64,000 nt of DNA from positions 51,440-115,439 of the forward strand of contig JBMOHE010000001.1 in assembly GCA_049318005.1 (NCBI GenBank). Reading direction: 5' to 3'. Each line of letters starts with the position of its first letter. Positions within the stretch are counted from its first letter, which is position 1. Source of the DNA: Patescibacteria group bacterium. GTDB taxonomy: Bacteria > Patescibacteriota > Patescibacteriia > Patescibacteriales > UBA12465. Under the pieces are notes generated by a model, which did no database searches, was not told the DNA's origin, and saw nothing but the letters and a program-made list of their open reading frames with translations. A program made the position numbers and the translations under genes. Below are positions 9,612-18,335 of the stretch, in pieces.

Positions 9612-9767
9612 TTATTTAGTTTCTTTATGTAAAGTATGCGCTTTGCACTTATTACAATATTTTTTCATTTCTAAACGTTCTTTTAAAATTTTCTTGTTTT
9701 TATGAGAATGGTAATTTGTGGTTTTACAAACCGTACATTCTAGCTTCATCATGTTGTCTTGAGACAT
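9612..9767 (-). CDS. rpmG: 50S ribosomal protein L33 (51 aa, below the ORF-track cutoff)
   Basis: My translation is [51 protein letters not shown], with a CxxC...CxxC zinc ribbon and a KYC..C..HT.HKE tail. Confidence 0.8.
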   Translation of the reverse strand: MSQDNMMKLECTVCKTTNYHSHKNKKILKERLEMKKYCNKCKAHTLHKETK

Positions 9768-9880
9768 ATTTTTCTTTAAAAATTAATTATACTAGTAGAC
9801 ATATAAACAATATAAAAAAATGGGGTAAATGTCAACCACCAGGAGTGCCAATCATTTATTATTTTATGGCCAAACTTAGC

Positions 9881-10756
9881 TTATTTTTGACAATTTGAGC
9901 AATAATGTGTCCCTCTGCCAGCCAACTTAGTTTTTATAATCGCTTGCCCGCAGACAAGACAGGGTTTAGAACCTCGACCATAAACTTTAAGATACTGGGA
10001 AAAATTCCCCTTTTTACCTTCAGAATCAACATAATTACTAAAAGTTGTCCCTCTATATTCAATCGCTCTTTTTATAATTCTATTAGCCTCTTTAATGACT
10101 AATTTAATTTCTTCTATTTTTAGAGACTTCGCCTCCCTAGACGGAAGGACTCCGGCCGCAAATAAAACCTCGTCAACATAAATATTTCCTAAACCAGAAA
10201 CTAACTTTTGATTGAGCAAGGCGGCTTTAATATTTATTCGACGATTTCTCAAAACATTCTTCAGATTTTCAAAAGTAAATTCATCTGTTAACGGCTCTGG
10301 GCCATAATTATTTTTTAGTATTTCATCTAGCTCGTCCTGTTTAACTAATTTTAAATAGCCAAATTTTCTTAAATCATTAAAAAATAAAATACCACCGCCA
10401 GAAAAATATAAAATTGCCCGCGTATGTTTATTTGGCAACTCACCACCGACTGACTTTTCGTATGATCCAGAACTTAAACTATGTCCACCAACAAGTTTTA
10501 TTTTTTTTGATTGGTAAATTAACTGACCAGTCATCTTTAAATGGATAAGTAAAAAATATCCATTTTCAAAAGATAGAATTAATAATTTTCCTCTTCTATT
10601 AATATTAATCAATTTTTGATTAAGCAAGACCTTTTTAAAAAAAGCCGCAGAGTGAGAGGCGGTTTTTTGATAAACTAATTCGAATTTAATAATCTTTTTG
10701 CCCAAAAGAGCGCCAAGATCACGCCGAATTGTTTCAACTTCTGGCAGTTCTGGCAT
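9881..10756 (-). CDS. mutM: formamidopyrimidine-DNA glycosylase
   Basis: N-terminal MPELPEVETIRRDL, an H2TH region and a C-terminal zinc finger CLVCGQ...YCSNCQK. Confidence 0.9.
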   Translation of the reverse strand: MPELPEVETIRRDLGALLGKKIIKFELVYQKTASHSAAFFKKVLLNQKLININRRGKLLILSFENGYFLLIHLKMTGQLIYQSKKIKLVGGHSLSSGSYEKSVGGELPNKHTRAILYFSGGGILFFNDLRKFGYLKLVKQDELDEILKNNYGPEPLTDEFTFENLKNVLRNRRINIKAALLNQKLVSGLGNIYVDEVLFAAGVLPSREAKSLKIEEIKLVIKEANRIIKRAIEYRGTTFSNYVDSEGKKGNFSQYLKVYGRGSKPCLVCGQAIIKTKLAGRGTHYCSNCQK

Positions 10757-10759
10757 ATC

Positions 10760-10864
10760 TTAAAATGATAATAAGATAACAATAACAATCGCAAGCGCGA
10801 GAAACAAAATGGCAAAAACCTTAACAAGACTTTTGCCCAATTTATCAGGATTAAGTAAAGACAT
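10760..10864 (-). CDS. possible 34-aa single-pass membrane peptide
   Basis: My translation is MSLLNPDKLGKSLVKVFAILFLALAIVIVILLSF. It sits between tRNA-Tyr and mutM. Supported only by the open frame and hydrophobicity. Confidence 0.25.
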   Translation of the reverse strand: MSLLNPDKLGKSLVKVFAILFLALAIVIVILLSF

Positions 10865-10874
10865 ATTTTTAATG

Positions 10875-10957
10875 TGGGCCGAGAAGGATTCGAACCTTCG
10901 AAGGCGTAAGCCAGCAGATTTACAGTCTGCCCCAGTTGACCGCTTTGGTATCGACCC
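10875..10957 (-). tRNA. trnY: tRNA-Tyr (anticodon GTA), long variable arm
   Basis: Minus-strand read: GGGTCGATACCAAAGCGGTCAACTGGGGCAGACTGTAAATCTGCTGGCTTACGCCTTCGAAGGTTCGAATCCTTCTCGGCCCA. Perfect anticodon stem GCAGA/TCTGC. Confidence 0.85.
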
Positions 10958-11025
10958 CCTTATTTGAGTAATCCTTGTCTTATAATAAAAAAAATATTAG
11001 CACTTGTCAAACAAGAGGGTAAATT

Positions 11026-11649
11026 TTAAGTAATTGTTTTAATCAATACACTAGCTAGGGCGTATGATAAGAAAATAAAAGCTAATCCAATTGTTGCCCA
11101 AATAACAGTATCTCTTCCTTTTTTAATGTTTTCAGCGTTTCCTCCTGACGTCATCCAAGTCAGACCACCATAAATAATCATAAGTAAGGCCAGTGATCCA
11201 ATCATGCCGAAAATCGCATTAATTATATTACTGGCTAGACCCTGAACGCTACTCACTCCCTTGGCAGGATTATCTATTTTAGGAACATCAATATTTGGGA
11301 ACTTAGCATCTGTGTTATCGCAAGTTCCTGTCTTATCGGTATTATCACAAGTTGAAGTTGCTTTTACTGGAATAGCGCCAGACCACTCACAAGGACCAAC
11401 ATAAAGCTTAGAAATACAAGTTCCGTATGTTTGCCCGTTACAATCAACGCCGCTTTTAGAGACACACTTTACTCCGCTAACATTACAGTCACTCACGTGC
11501 TTAAGGCACTCTGACTGATTCATCGCAGCACAATCAACTTTAAAAATGCATTTTGCAACTTCTGGAGCTTTTTGCGCACTAGAAATATTTGGCAAAACTA
11601 GCGCTAAACTAATAATTAAAATAAAAAATGTTTTTCTAATTATATTCAT
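11026..11649 (-). CDS. TrbC/VirB2-like (conjugative T4SS-type) pilin with Cys-rich N-terminal extension
   Basis: Signal peptide and an extension of about 100 aa with 11 Cys. The C-terminal IFGMIGSLALLMIIYGGLTWMTSGGNAENIKKGRDTVIWATIGLAFIFLSYALASVLIKTI forms two hydrophobic helices around a charged loop. Confidence 0.55.
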   Translation of the reverse strand: MNIIRKTFFILIISLALVLPNISSAQKAPEVAKCIFKVDCAAMNQSECLKHVSDCNVSGVKCVSKSGVDCNGQTYGTCISKLYVGPCEWSGAIPVKATSTCDNTDKTGTCDNTDAKFPNIDVPKIDNPAKGVSSVQGLASNIINAIFGMIGSLALLMIIYGGLTWMTSGGNAENIKKGRDTVIWATIGLAFIFLSYALASVLIKTIT

Positions 11650-11672
11650 AAATTTAATAAATAAAAAAAACT

Positions 11673-11999
11673 CTATTTAACGCTCTTAATAATTAAGGCC
11701 ACCAAGGCGTATGAAGTAAAGATAATTGCTAAACCAATCGCCGACCAAAGAATTATATCTCTTCCCTTTTTTATTTTTTCCGAACTCCCAGAAGAAGTCA
11801 TCCAGGTCAAACCACCATAAACAAACATTAAAAGCGTAATTGAGCCAACAATTCCAAGCGCTGAATTTATTATTTTTCCTATTAAATCTTGGGGGGTTTT
11901 TATAGATCCCAGGGCGTTCGGTAATGGCGTCGCTGCGCTAACCGTAAATACAAAGAAAAAAGTAAAAATTATAATAAAAAAAGATAAGTATTTTTTCAT
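11673..11999 (-). CDS. TrbC/VirB2-like (T4SS-type) pilin
   Basis: 108 aa. Signal peptide, then ALGIVGSITLLMFVYGGLTWMTSSGSSEKIKKGRDIILWSAIGLAIIFTSYALVALIIKSV. Paralog of the C-terminus of 11026..11649. Confidence 0.6.
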   Translation of the reverse strand: MKKYLSFFIIIFTFFFVFTVSAATPLPNALGSIKTPQDLIGKIINSALGIVGSITLLMFVYGGLTWMTSSGSSEKIKKGRDIILWSAIGLAIIFTSYALVALIIKSVK

Positions 12000-12054
12000 T
12001 TTATTTAAAAATAATTAGAATTTATCTATTAATATCATATCATTTCTTAGGAAA

Positions 12055-12082
12055 ATAAAAAAGGGGCAAAAATTTGCCCCTT
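12055..12082 (-). terminator. rho-independent terminator
   Basis: Minus strand: GGGGCAAA-TTT-TTGCCCC followed by TTTTTT. Confidence 0.75.
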
Positions 12083-12107
12083 TTGTAAACTAAGTTTTTG
12101 ACTTGGT

Positions 12108-12803
12108 TTACCTATAATCTACTTTCAATGTGACTGACATGTCGCTACCAGCTACGATGCGATAGAAACAATGTCTTTTAAGAGGGAGACTTCCATCTAA
12201 AGTGCCAGAATACTCAGTCCCATCGCTAACGATTATTTTATAATTAGTCGATGATGGTGAAAATGAATAATCTGCTACCACCCCGTTCTTAAAACCGAAC
12301 CAGGGAGTAGACTCGCCACTTTTCAATTTAAATTCTTTATTGCCTTCGCCCAGAATTAAATTTCCGGATGAATCATAGGTCTCTGATGAAACCCCATTTT
12401 CAGTGGATTCAACTGGCGGCTTAGGAGCGGTTACTCCCGTTCCTAAATATTCTCTAGCAATGCTAAAGAAAAATATCAAGAACAAACCAACCACAATTGA
12501 ATCACCAAGAGTTCCACCCTTTTTCATCGCTGAGCCAAAAAATAATAAGGCTATAAGCGATAAGAACAAAGCAACTGAATGTTTAATCCAACACGCTGCG
12601 TCAGGTAGCAAGAAGATTGTTCCAAAATATATACCAAATGCAACTGATCCCGCAACGAAAATTCGGAAAAAGTCGTTACTTGTAATTTTGGTCCATTTAC
12701 TTGCCGCTGGTTGAGTAGCCTGAGCACCTGGTGTTGCGGCCGCTTGGTTGCTAGGAGCAACGGGATTCGGAGCTCCTAATTTAAGAATTATCGGATTTTT
12801 CAT
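12108..12803 (-). CDS. membrane protein with C-terminal beta-rich domain (possible NfeD-like partner of the SPFH protein)
   Basis: Pro/Ala/Gln-rich N-terminus, about 4 TM helices and a beta-strand-like C-terminus (NYKIIVSDGTEYSGTLDG...VTLKVDY). It lies 15 nt downstream of the SPFH gene. The NfeD idea comes from the known operon pairing only. Confidence 0.4.
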   Translation of the reverse strand: MKNPIILKLGAPNPVAPSNQAAATPGAQATQPAASKWTKITSNDFFRIFVAGSVAFGIYFGTIFLLPDAACWIKHSVALFLSLIALLFFGSAMKKGGTLGDSIVVGLFLIFFFSIAREYLGTGVTAPKPPVESTENGVSSETYDSSGNLILGEGNKEFKLKSGESTPWFGFKNGVVADYSFSPSSTNYKIIVSDGTEYSGTLDGSLPLKRHCFYRIVAGSDMSVTLKVDYR

Positions 12804-12817
12804 TTCTCTTTCTTTTT

Positions 12818-13918
12818 TTACGGATTATTGTTAGTAGCATTTAAACCAACGCCAAAGCGCGCACCTTGAGCCGCATCGCTGTTGCCATCAAGTAAAATGA
12901 CTTTATCATTTGAACCTGATGCAGTAATTGCGTCCCATTTTTTTGTTTCCGCTAAAAAAGCAGCGGATTGACCAGGAGTCAAATTTGAAGCAGCTAAAAT
13001 TGATTTAATCTTTTTTGCCTCACCCTGGCCACTCAAAACTTTCGCTTTTTTATCAGCCTCTGCTTGAATAACCGTAATTTCACTCTTAGCCTTAGCTTGA
13101 ACGACAGCAATGTTTTTTTCAACATCCGCCTTCTTCAGATTAATTTCGGTTACTTTTTTTTCCGTTTCAGCCATTAATGTTTTTTGTCTTTCTTTAACAA
13201 CATTCTCCGGTAAACGAAAATCGGAAATAACAAAGCTAAGCGGTTTTACTCCAAAAGCCATAAGAGAGGTGTAAAATTCAGAAGCCTCTAAATCTAATTG
13301 GGTCGGCATAACAATTGCTGGTGGTGTTGGAGCAGTAAGATTTGTAAAGCAAGAAATTGTACTCATATTTAACTTGCCCTTCAAATTCATTGCCTCATCA
13401 AGACTGTACATCATAAAATTTATTCTTAAAATTCCATCCGCCTTTTCTTCAATTGCTGAAAAAACATTAGCAACTTCATAAGTTGCCTTGTTGGCATCTT
13501 CAATTTTAAAATATAAATAAGCCGAAACTCCAATATTAGAACAGTCTTTAAATTCAACATCGCCGCCTCCATGACCATCTTCAATTTTTTCGTCAAGATA
13601 AAGTTTCATCATTTGTTGCCCCATATAAACGCAGCTTTTCACTTGTTCGATACCAAACGGGATTAAAAAATGCAAACCCGGCTTAAGCTGGTTAGTATCC
13701 TCATCAAAATATTTACCCCAAATTTCCGTTACCCAAATTTCATTTTGCGAAACCTGAATGATTGAAGTTTTTAACATAAATACAATCGAGGCTACAAAAA
13801 CTACTCCAAATACTAAGAGCCAATAATCTGGCAATACAATTGAGCTCAAAAGAGCTACAAAAAACGAAATGATCGCCAAGCCTGCTGGGATCAAAATCCA
13901 ATACTTAATTTTGTTCAT
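12818..13918 (-). CDS. SPFH/band-7 (stomatin/prohibitin-like) domain protein
   Basis: N-terminal TM helices, an SPFH-like core (VSQNEIWVTEIWGKYF...KPGLHFLIPFGIEQV) and a Lys/Ala/Glu coiled coil (VVKERQKTLMAETEKK...AKAKSEITVIQAEADKKAK). Confidence 0.7.
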   Translation of the reverse strand: MNKIKYWILIPAGLAIISFFVALLSSIVLPDYWLLVFGVVFVASIVFMLKTSIIQVSQNEIWVTEIWGKYFDEDTNQLKPGLHFLIPFGIEQVKSCVYMGQQMMKLYLDEKIEDGHGGGDVEFKDCSNIGVSAYLYFKIEDANKATYEVANVFSAIEEKADGILRINFMMYSLDEAMNLKGKLNMSTISCFTNLTAPTPPAIVMPTQLDLEASEFYTSLMAFGVKPLSFVISDFRLPENVVKERQKTLMAETEKKVTEINLKKADVEKNIAVVQAKAKSEITVIQAEADKKAKVLSGQGEAKKIKSILAASNLTPGQSAAFLAETKKWDAITASGSNDKVILLDGNSDAAQGARFGVGLNATNNNP

Positions 13919-14041
13919 GATTTATTGATTTTTTTGTTGATTATTTACTTGTCAAAGAGCTTTTTTGCCATAAATAGCGCATCTCATTGTTCAAATTATT
14001 ATATCACTTTTTATAATATTTGTCAATATTAGGCTAAATAC

Positions 14042-14072
14042 AAAAAAATCACCGAATATTAGGTGATTTTTT
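14042..14072. terminator. hairpin terminator downstream of tRNA-Thr
   Basis: AAAAATCACC-GAATATTA-GGTGATTTTT. Confidence 0.6.
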
Positions 14073-14079
14073 GTATCTG

Positions 14080-14152
14080 AGCCGTTGACCGGGATTGAAC
14101 CGGTGACCTTCTCCTTACCATGGAGATGCTCTACCAGCTGAGCTACAACGGC
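14080..14152 (-). tRNA. trnT: tRNA-Thr (anticodon GGT)
   Basis: Minus-strand read: GCCGTTGTAGCTCAGCTGGTAGAGCATCTCCATGGTAAGGAGAAGGTCACCGGTTCAATCCCGGTCAACGGCT. Anticodon stem TCTCC/GGAGA, loop AT-GGT-AA. Confidence 0.85.
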
Positions 14153-14172
14153 GTTAACAACATAGCTACGTT

Positions 14173-14979
14173 CTATAACTTATCAATAATATTCTTCCAT
14201 TCATCAATCTTTTGATTTTCAGGATTAACTGTCGCGAGTTTCTCTAAAGAAGTTGCAGCCAGCTCTTTATCTTTTTTCATTATACTTAAATCAAGAATTA
14301 AATCAAGATAACGCGGACTATTGGCCTCTAAATCAAGGGCATCTTTTATATTTTCTAAAGCGGCCTCAATATCTCCCGACTCTCGCTCAACCCAAGCGAG
14401 CGAAAAATATATCTCCTGAATAGTCAACTCCTCCATTATGGTCTCATCGTCTTTATATTGACGAGCAAGCTTTAAAGCATACTCATAAGTTTGGCGAGCT
14501 TCTGACCATTTTTTTTGCTCATCATAAAGAGAGGCTAATTTAAAAAAGGCTGACAAATTTTTCTGATCAAGACTAATAATTTCAACTAACTTCTCTTCCG
14601 CCTCAGCCAGATTTTCTTTTTTTAATAAATCAAAATAAGAAACAAATAAATCTTTAATAATTTTCTGCTTTTCAATATGAGGAATTTTAGCCGAGTTTTT
14701 ATAACTAAGTTTTATTTTTTTTAGTTGCGTTTGTGAAGACTTTAAAAAATCAGAAGAATAACGACTTATAAATAACCAAACACGAGCGAATATAGACCCA
14801 ACGCGAGCCAAATCTCTTTCAACTTTTTGCTTAATTATTTTCTCTTTAAACTTGGCCTCCTTTTCACCGGGCATATTATTAATATCTAAAATCGCCAAAG
14901 CCGGAAATTTTTTTAAAATAATTGCCAAGATAACAATTATAGATATTATAATTAAAATAATTGAAAAAATATTTACCAT
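14173..14979 (-). CDS. membrane-anchored TPR-repeat protein
   Basis: N-terminal TM helix. C-terminal half has TPR-like repeats (AFFKLASLYDEQKKWSEARQTYEYALKL, AWVERESGDIEAALENIKDALDL). Confidence 0.6.
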   Translation of the reverse strand: MVNIFSIILIIISIIVILAIILKKFPALAILDINNMPGEKEAKFKEKIIKQKVERDLARVGSIFARVWLFISRYSSDFLKSSQTQLKKIKLSYKNSAKIPHIEKQKIIKDLFVSYFDLLKKENLAEAEEKLVEIISLDQKNLSAFFKLASLYDEQKKWSEARQTYEYALKLARQYKDDETIMEELTIQEIYFSLAWVERESGDIEAALENIKDALDLEANSPRYLDLILDLSIMKKDKELAATSLEKLATVNPENQKIDEWKNIIDKL

Positions 14980-15005
14980 ATCAATATAATTTTTTATTAG
15001 AAAAT

Positions 15006-15743
15006 TTAACTCACTATTATAGAAAATTCATTTAACTTTAAACTTGCGCCTCCAACTAACAAACCGTCGATATTATTTTGCTTTAAAAATTCAGACGCAT
15101 TAGCACTATTGACACTGCCACCATATAATACTCTAACTTCAAGGTGGAGTATTTTTTTGGCCTGCGCTTTAATATAGGCTTGGATTTCGCTGGCTTCCTC
15201 GGGAATAATCGGCTTCGCATTTTTATTAGAACTGATTGCCCAAACCGGTTCGTAGGCGATTACTAAATCATTACCGGTTTTTATCTTAACGCCTTTTAAA
15301 GCATGACGCAATTCTTGTAGTAAAAATAATTTTGTTTCTCCAGCTTCTTTTTGGATTAATTTCTCGCCAATACAAAGAACGGGGGTTAACTTGTTCTCTA
15401 AAGCAACTTTTATTTTATTATTAATAATTGATGAATTCTCATGAAGATGCTCACGTCTTTCACTGTGACCTAAAATAACATATTTAACTCCTAAAACTTT
15501 TAAATTTTTTGGCGAAACTTCTCCCGTATAAGCACCAATATTATAAGCCGCGCTATCTTGGGCGCCCAATAGTATTTTAGTTCCTTTCAAAACTGGCCCA
15601 ATAAAAGCGATCGAAGCAAAATCTGGACAAAGAACAACTTCATTTTTAGATGAAGAGATTTTTTTAGAATACTGCTTAGCCAATTCTAAACTTTCTTTAA
15701 TAGACAAATTCATTTTCCAATTAGCCATGATTAATTTTTTCAT
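15006..15743 (-). CDS. tpiA: triosephosphate isomerase
   Basis: MANWKMN, ILGHSERR, AYEPVWAI and GGASL motifs are all present. Confidence 0.9.
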   Translation of the reverse strand: MKKLIMANWKMNLSIKESLELAKQYSKKISSSKNEVVLCPDFASIAFIGPVLKGTKILLGAQDSAAYNIGAYTGEVSPKNLKVLGVKYVILGHSERREHLHENSSIINNKIKVALENKLTPVLCIGEKLIQKEAGETKLFLLQELRHALKGVKIKTGNDLVIAYEPVWAISSNKNAKPIIPEEASEIQAYIKAQAKKILHLEVRVLYGGSVNSANASEFLKQNNIDGLLVGGASLKLNEFSIIVS

Positions 15744-15754
15744 ATATGTTTTGC

Positions 15755-15867
15755 TATTATTTTAGGGATGTTTTCGGAGCGCATATGATTTCGTACCGCG
15801 AAAACGAACGCCAGTGAGTTTTTGCCCCAGAAATCATCTAAGCGCAGAAAATATTCCTAAAATAATA
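15755..15867. ncRNA. candidate structured RNA / long-stem element filling the epimerase-tpiA intergenic region
   Basis: The 21-nt arms 15755-15775 and 15847-15867 pair completely (19 Watson-Crick pairs plus 2 G.T on the plus strand). Inner helices GCGC/GCGC and ATGATTTC (15785-15792)/GAAATCAT (15830-15837) enclose a G+C-richer core. Family and strand undetermined. Confidence 0.3.
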
Positions 15868-15878
15868 ATATTCCTTAT

Positions 15879-16805
15879 TTATTTAATATTTAATTTAGCC
15901 CAATTAATAGTGCGTCTAATTCCCTCTTCTAATTTAATTTGCGGCTCCCAATTTAAAACATCTTTAGCGCGAGAATAACTTAGACAACTACGTCTTTGCT
16001 CCCCTTCTTTGGCTGGCATTTCTTTTACTCTCATAGTCTCGCCAGTCGCTTTTTCAATATCACGTCTTATATCTAGCAGAGTCGTTTCAATTTCCGAACC
16101 AATATTTATTTCCGTCTGACAATCAATCTTCATTGCTCCAAATAGGCCATTAACAACATCATCAACATAAACAAAATCTCTAGTCTGAAGTCCGTCACCA
16201 AATTGTAAACTTTCTTGACCTTTAACGGCGTTATCAATAAAAATAGCAATCACGCCCGCCTCTCCGCCTTTAAACTGACGCGGGCCATAGACGTTAGCAA
16301 AACGTAAAACAGTATAATTTAAACCATAAACCTGATAGTAGTAATTTAAATATTTCTCTAAAGTTAATTTATGAATTCCATATGGAGAAACTGGATAAGT
16401 CGGGCTACTTTCAGTCGTCGGGATTTCTTCCGCTTCGCCATAAATAGCTCCGCCGGTTGAAGCCATGATTATTTTTTTAACTTTATACAAATGGGAATTT
16501 TTAATAATATTTATTCCCCCTAAAACGTTTATCTTATTATCAAACTCCGGATCCGCGACTGATTTACGAACATCAATCTGAGCGGCCAAATGATAAACGA
16601 AGTCAATATTTTCTTCTTTAAAAATATTAGAAATCTTATCGGAGCAAATATCTATTTTATGAAGTTTGGCTTTTTGGTTTACATAATCTTTCTTACCCGA
16701 TGATAAGTCATCTATAACAACAACTTCATGCCCCTCGCTAATTAATTTATCTACCAAAGTAGAGCCAATAAACCCAGCTCCGCCTGTTACTAAAACTTTA
16801 GACAT
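15879..16805 (-). CDS. NAD-dependent epimerase/dehydratase (GalE-like extended SDR)
   Basis: Rossmann motif VLVTGGAGFIGS and catalytic Y-x-x-x-K (SPYGIHK). Length 308 aa. Confidence 0.85.
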   Translation of the reverse strand: MSKVLVTGGAGFIGSTLVDKLISEGHEVVVIDDLSSGKKDYVNQKAKLHKIDICSDKISNIFKEENIDFVYHLAAQIDVRKSVADPEFDNKINVLGGINIIKNSHLYKVKKIIMASTGGAIYGEAEEIPTTESSPTYPVSPYGIHKLTLEKYLNYYYQVYGLNYTVLRFANVYGPRQFKGGEAGVIAIFIDNAVKGQESLQFGDGLQTRDFVYVDDVVNGLFGAMKIDCQTEINIGSEIETTLLDIRRDIEKATGETMRVKEMPAKEGEQRRSCLSYSRAKDVLNWEPQIKLEEGIRRTINWAKLNIK

Positions 16806-16895
16806 ATACTTAATTATTTTAAATATGTTTATATTTTTCTAATATTTATAATAACATTAAAACCCGGGAAAATGAAGAGAATAAATTTTAGTAAT

Positions 16896-16947
16896 AAAAA
16901 ACCCTCCAGTTTTTTTAAGAAATTTGTTTTCTTAAAAAACTGAAGGG
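16896..16947 (-). terminator. long-stem rho-independent terminator
   Basis: Minus strand: CCCTTCAGTTTTTTAAGAAA-ACAA-TTTCTTAAAAAAACTGGAGGG followed by TTTTT. Confidence 0.6.
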
Positions 16948-16968
16948 TGTGTGATTTTTTTCTAAAAA

Positions 16969-17550
16969 TTAGATCTGAGCAATGTTGCCGCGAGCCAACC
17001 ATGGTCCGCGAAAAACACGTACATTAGAAGTTTTTAAACAGTGAGCTTTTGAACGAAATAAATTTTCATGCATTTTTTGAAAAGCCTTTTGATAATTTCG
17101 ATAATGGCCCCTCAAAGATTCATTCTCATCTCTTAAAATTGACCGAAAATCTTCTTGACTGAAATCTTCACCCAAACTTTGAATAACAAATGGAAATGGC
17201 ATCGGCGCTCGCTCCAACATTTCAAAAGGAAAATCAAAGCCGCGGCCGAATTCTGCTCTTGTGCTTTTTATAAGCTCCGCTAATTCATCAGAAAAAATTA
17301 GTTCTCCGGCATGATGATTTTCACGAAACTCAATCGCATGTACCCCCATTCCAGAACCACCAATGATGCAGATTCGTTCAGCACCAAAAAAGGGATGTAA
17401 CAATTCTTCTTCTGCCCAACAAGGTTCCTCATTGAGAAACTTTTTTGCTTCTTCTAGAAATTTTGCACCATTTTTACTGTAAAACTTTTTGACAAGCTCA
17501 TGAATCACATCAGCAATTTCAAGAGCTTCTTCTTCGGTTACTGTCCTCAT
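16969..17550 (-). CDS. hypothetical protein
   Basis: Track ORF 16969..17613. I prefer the ATG at 17550 (MRTVTEEEALEIAD), which removes the overlap with the upstream gene. No family recognised. Confidence 0.45.
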   Translation of the reverse strand: MRTVTEEEALEIADVIHELVKKFYSKNGAKFLEEAKKFLNEEPCWAEEELLHPFFGAERICIIGGSGMGVHAIEFRENHHAGELIFSDELAELIKSTRAEFGRGFDFPFEMLERAPMPFPFVIQSLGEDFSQEDFRSILRDENESLRGHYRNYQKAFQKMHENLFRSKAHCLKTSNVRVFRGPWLARGNIAQI

Positions 17551-17551
17551 A

Positions 17552-18070
17552 TTAACGTTTAATTTTTTTAATTGAAAATACGAAACCAGTTGAACGTCTC
17601 CAACGCAAAACATCTTTTACGCTATATGATTTCAAAGAATTAGGGCTTTCGTCGACATCAAAACCTAATATGCGAGTAAAATCTTTACCAGCATGAGTTG
17701 AAACGATAGACAAGGAATGAATACACATTTCTTTAGCTTTATCATCCGAAACAAAATTTCTTAGCAAACAAGCTACCTCCAGTCTCGCTTTAAAAAAGCC
17801 GCTACTATAAGCAAACTCTCTGACAGTTGAAATTGTTCTCTCTCCATACTCAAAATGTTTACCGAGAATAATTATCAATTCATAAATAACGCCTGCTGTC
17901 GGTATGAATTCCTTCGAGTTCAAAACCGTCTTAACCTCAGATGACAGCTTTCGCCCTTCGCTCTCAAACTTTTCTATCCATTGTTGACCAGTCAACCCAA
18001 AAGAAACCAGGTTAACATAAACCATGTCATCTTTCTGAGTAAAAACATTAATTTCTCTTTTCTGTTTCAT
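17552..18070 (-). CDS. hypothetical protein
   Basis: 172-aa ORF, tightly coupled to 16969..17550. No family recognised. Confidence 0.45.
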   Translation of the reverse strand: MKQKREINVFTQKDDMVYVNLVSFGLTGQQWIEKFESEGRKLSSEVKTVLNSKEFIPTAGVIYELIIILGKHFEYGERTISTVREFAYSSGFFKARLEVACLLRNFVSDDKAKEMCIHSLSIVSTHAGKDFTRILGFDVDESPNSLKSYSVKDVLRWRRSTGFVFSIKKIKR

Positions 18071-18335
18071 CTCTGTCTTTATTTTTTTAATTGTTAAATT
18101 TCTATTTTTTTGTCCTTTCTTTAATAAAAAATGGACTTTATATATTAAAGCATAATTTCATATATTAGTCAAGATTAGACTAATTTATAGACTGTTTTAT
18201 CATTTGCCAAGCTAGTCTTTTTTTGCTAAGATAATAATAGAAAATTAATTAATCTAAATAGCCTAAAAGGCTCTTACAATAAGCTAAAAAGCCCCAAAAA
18301 ATCGGGAATTTTTTGTTTTTAATACTGTTTATAAT

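Noticed and set aside
15755-15867. Hammerhead or other small self-cleaving ribozyme in the epimerase-tpiA spacer.
   Set aside because: The hammerhead core (CUGAUGA ... GAAA with the correct three-way junction) is not present on either strand; only CGAAA and AUGA fragments occur.
16969-17613. 62-nt overlap between ORFs 16969..17613 and 17552..18070, as a possible programmed frameshift or fusion.
   Set aside because: An in-frame ATG at 17550 gives a normal start directly after the upstream stop. No slippery sequence was noticed.
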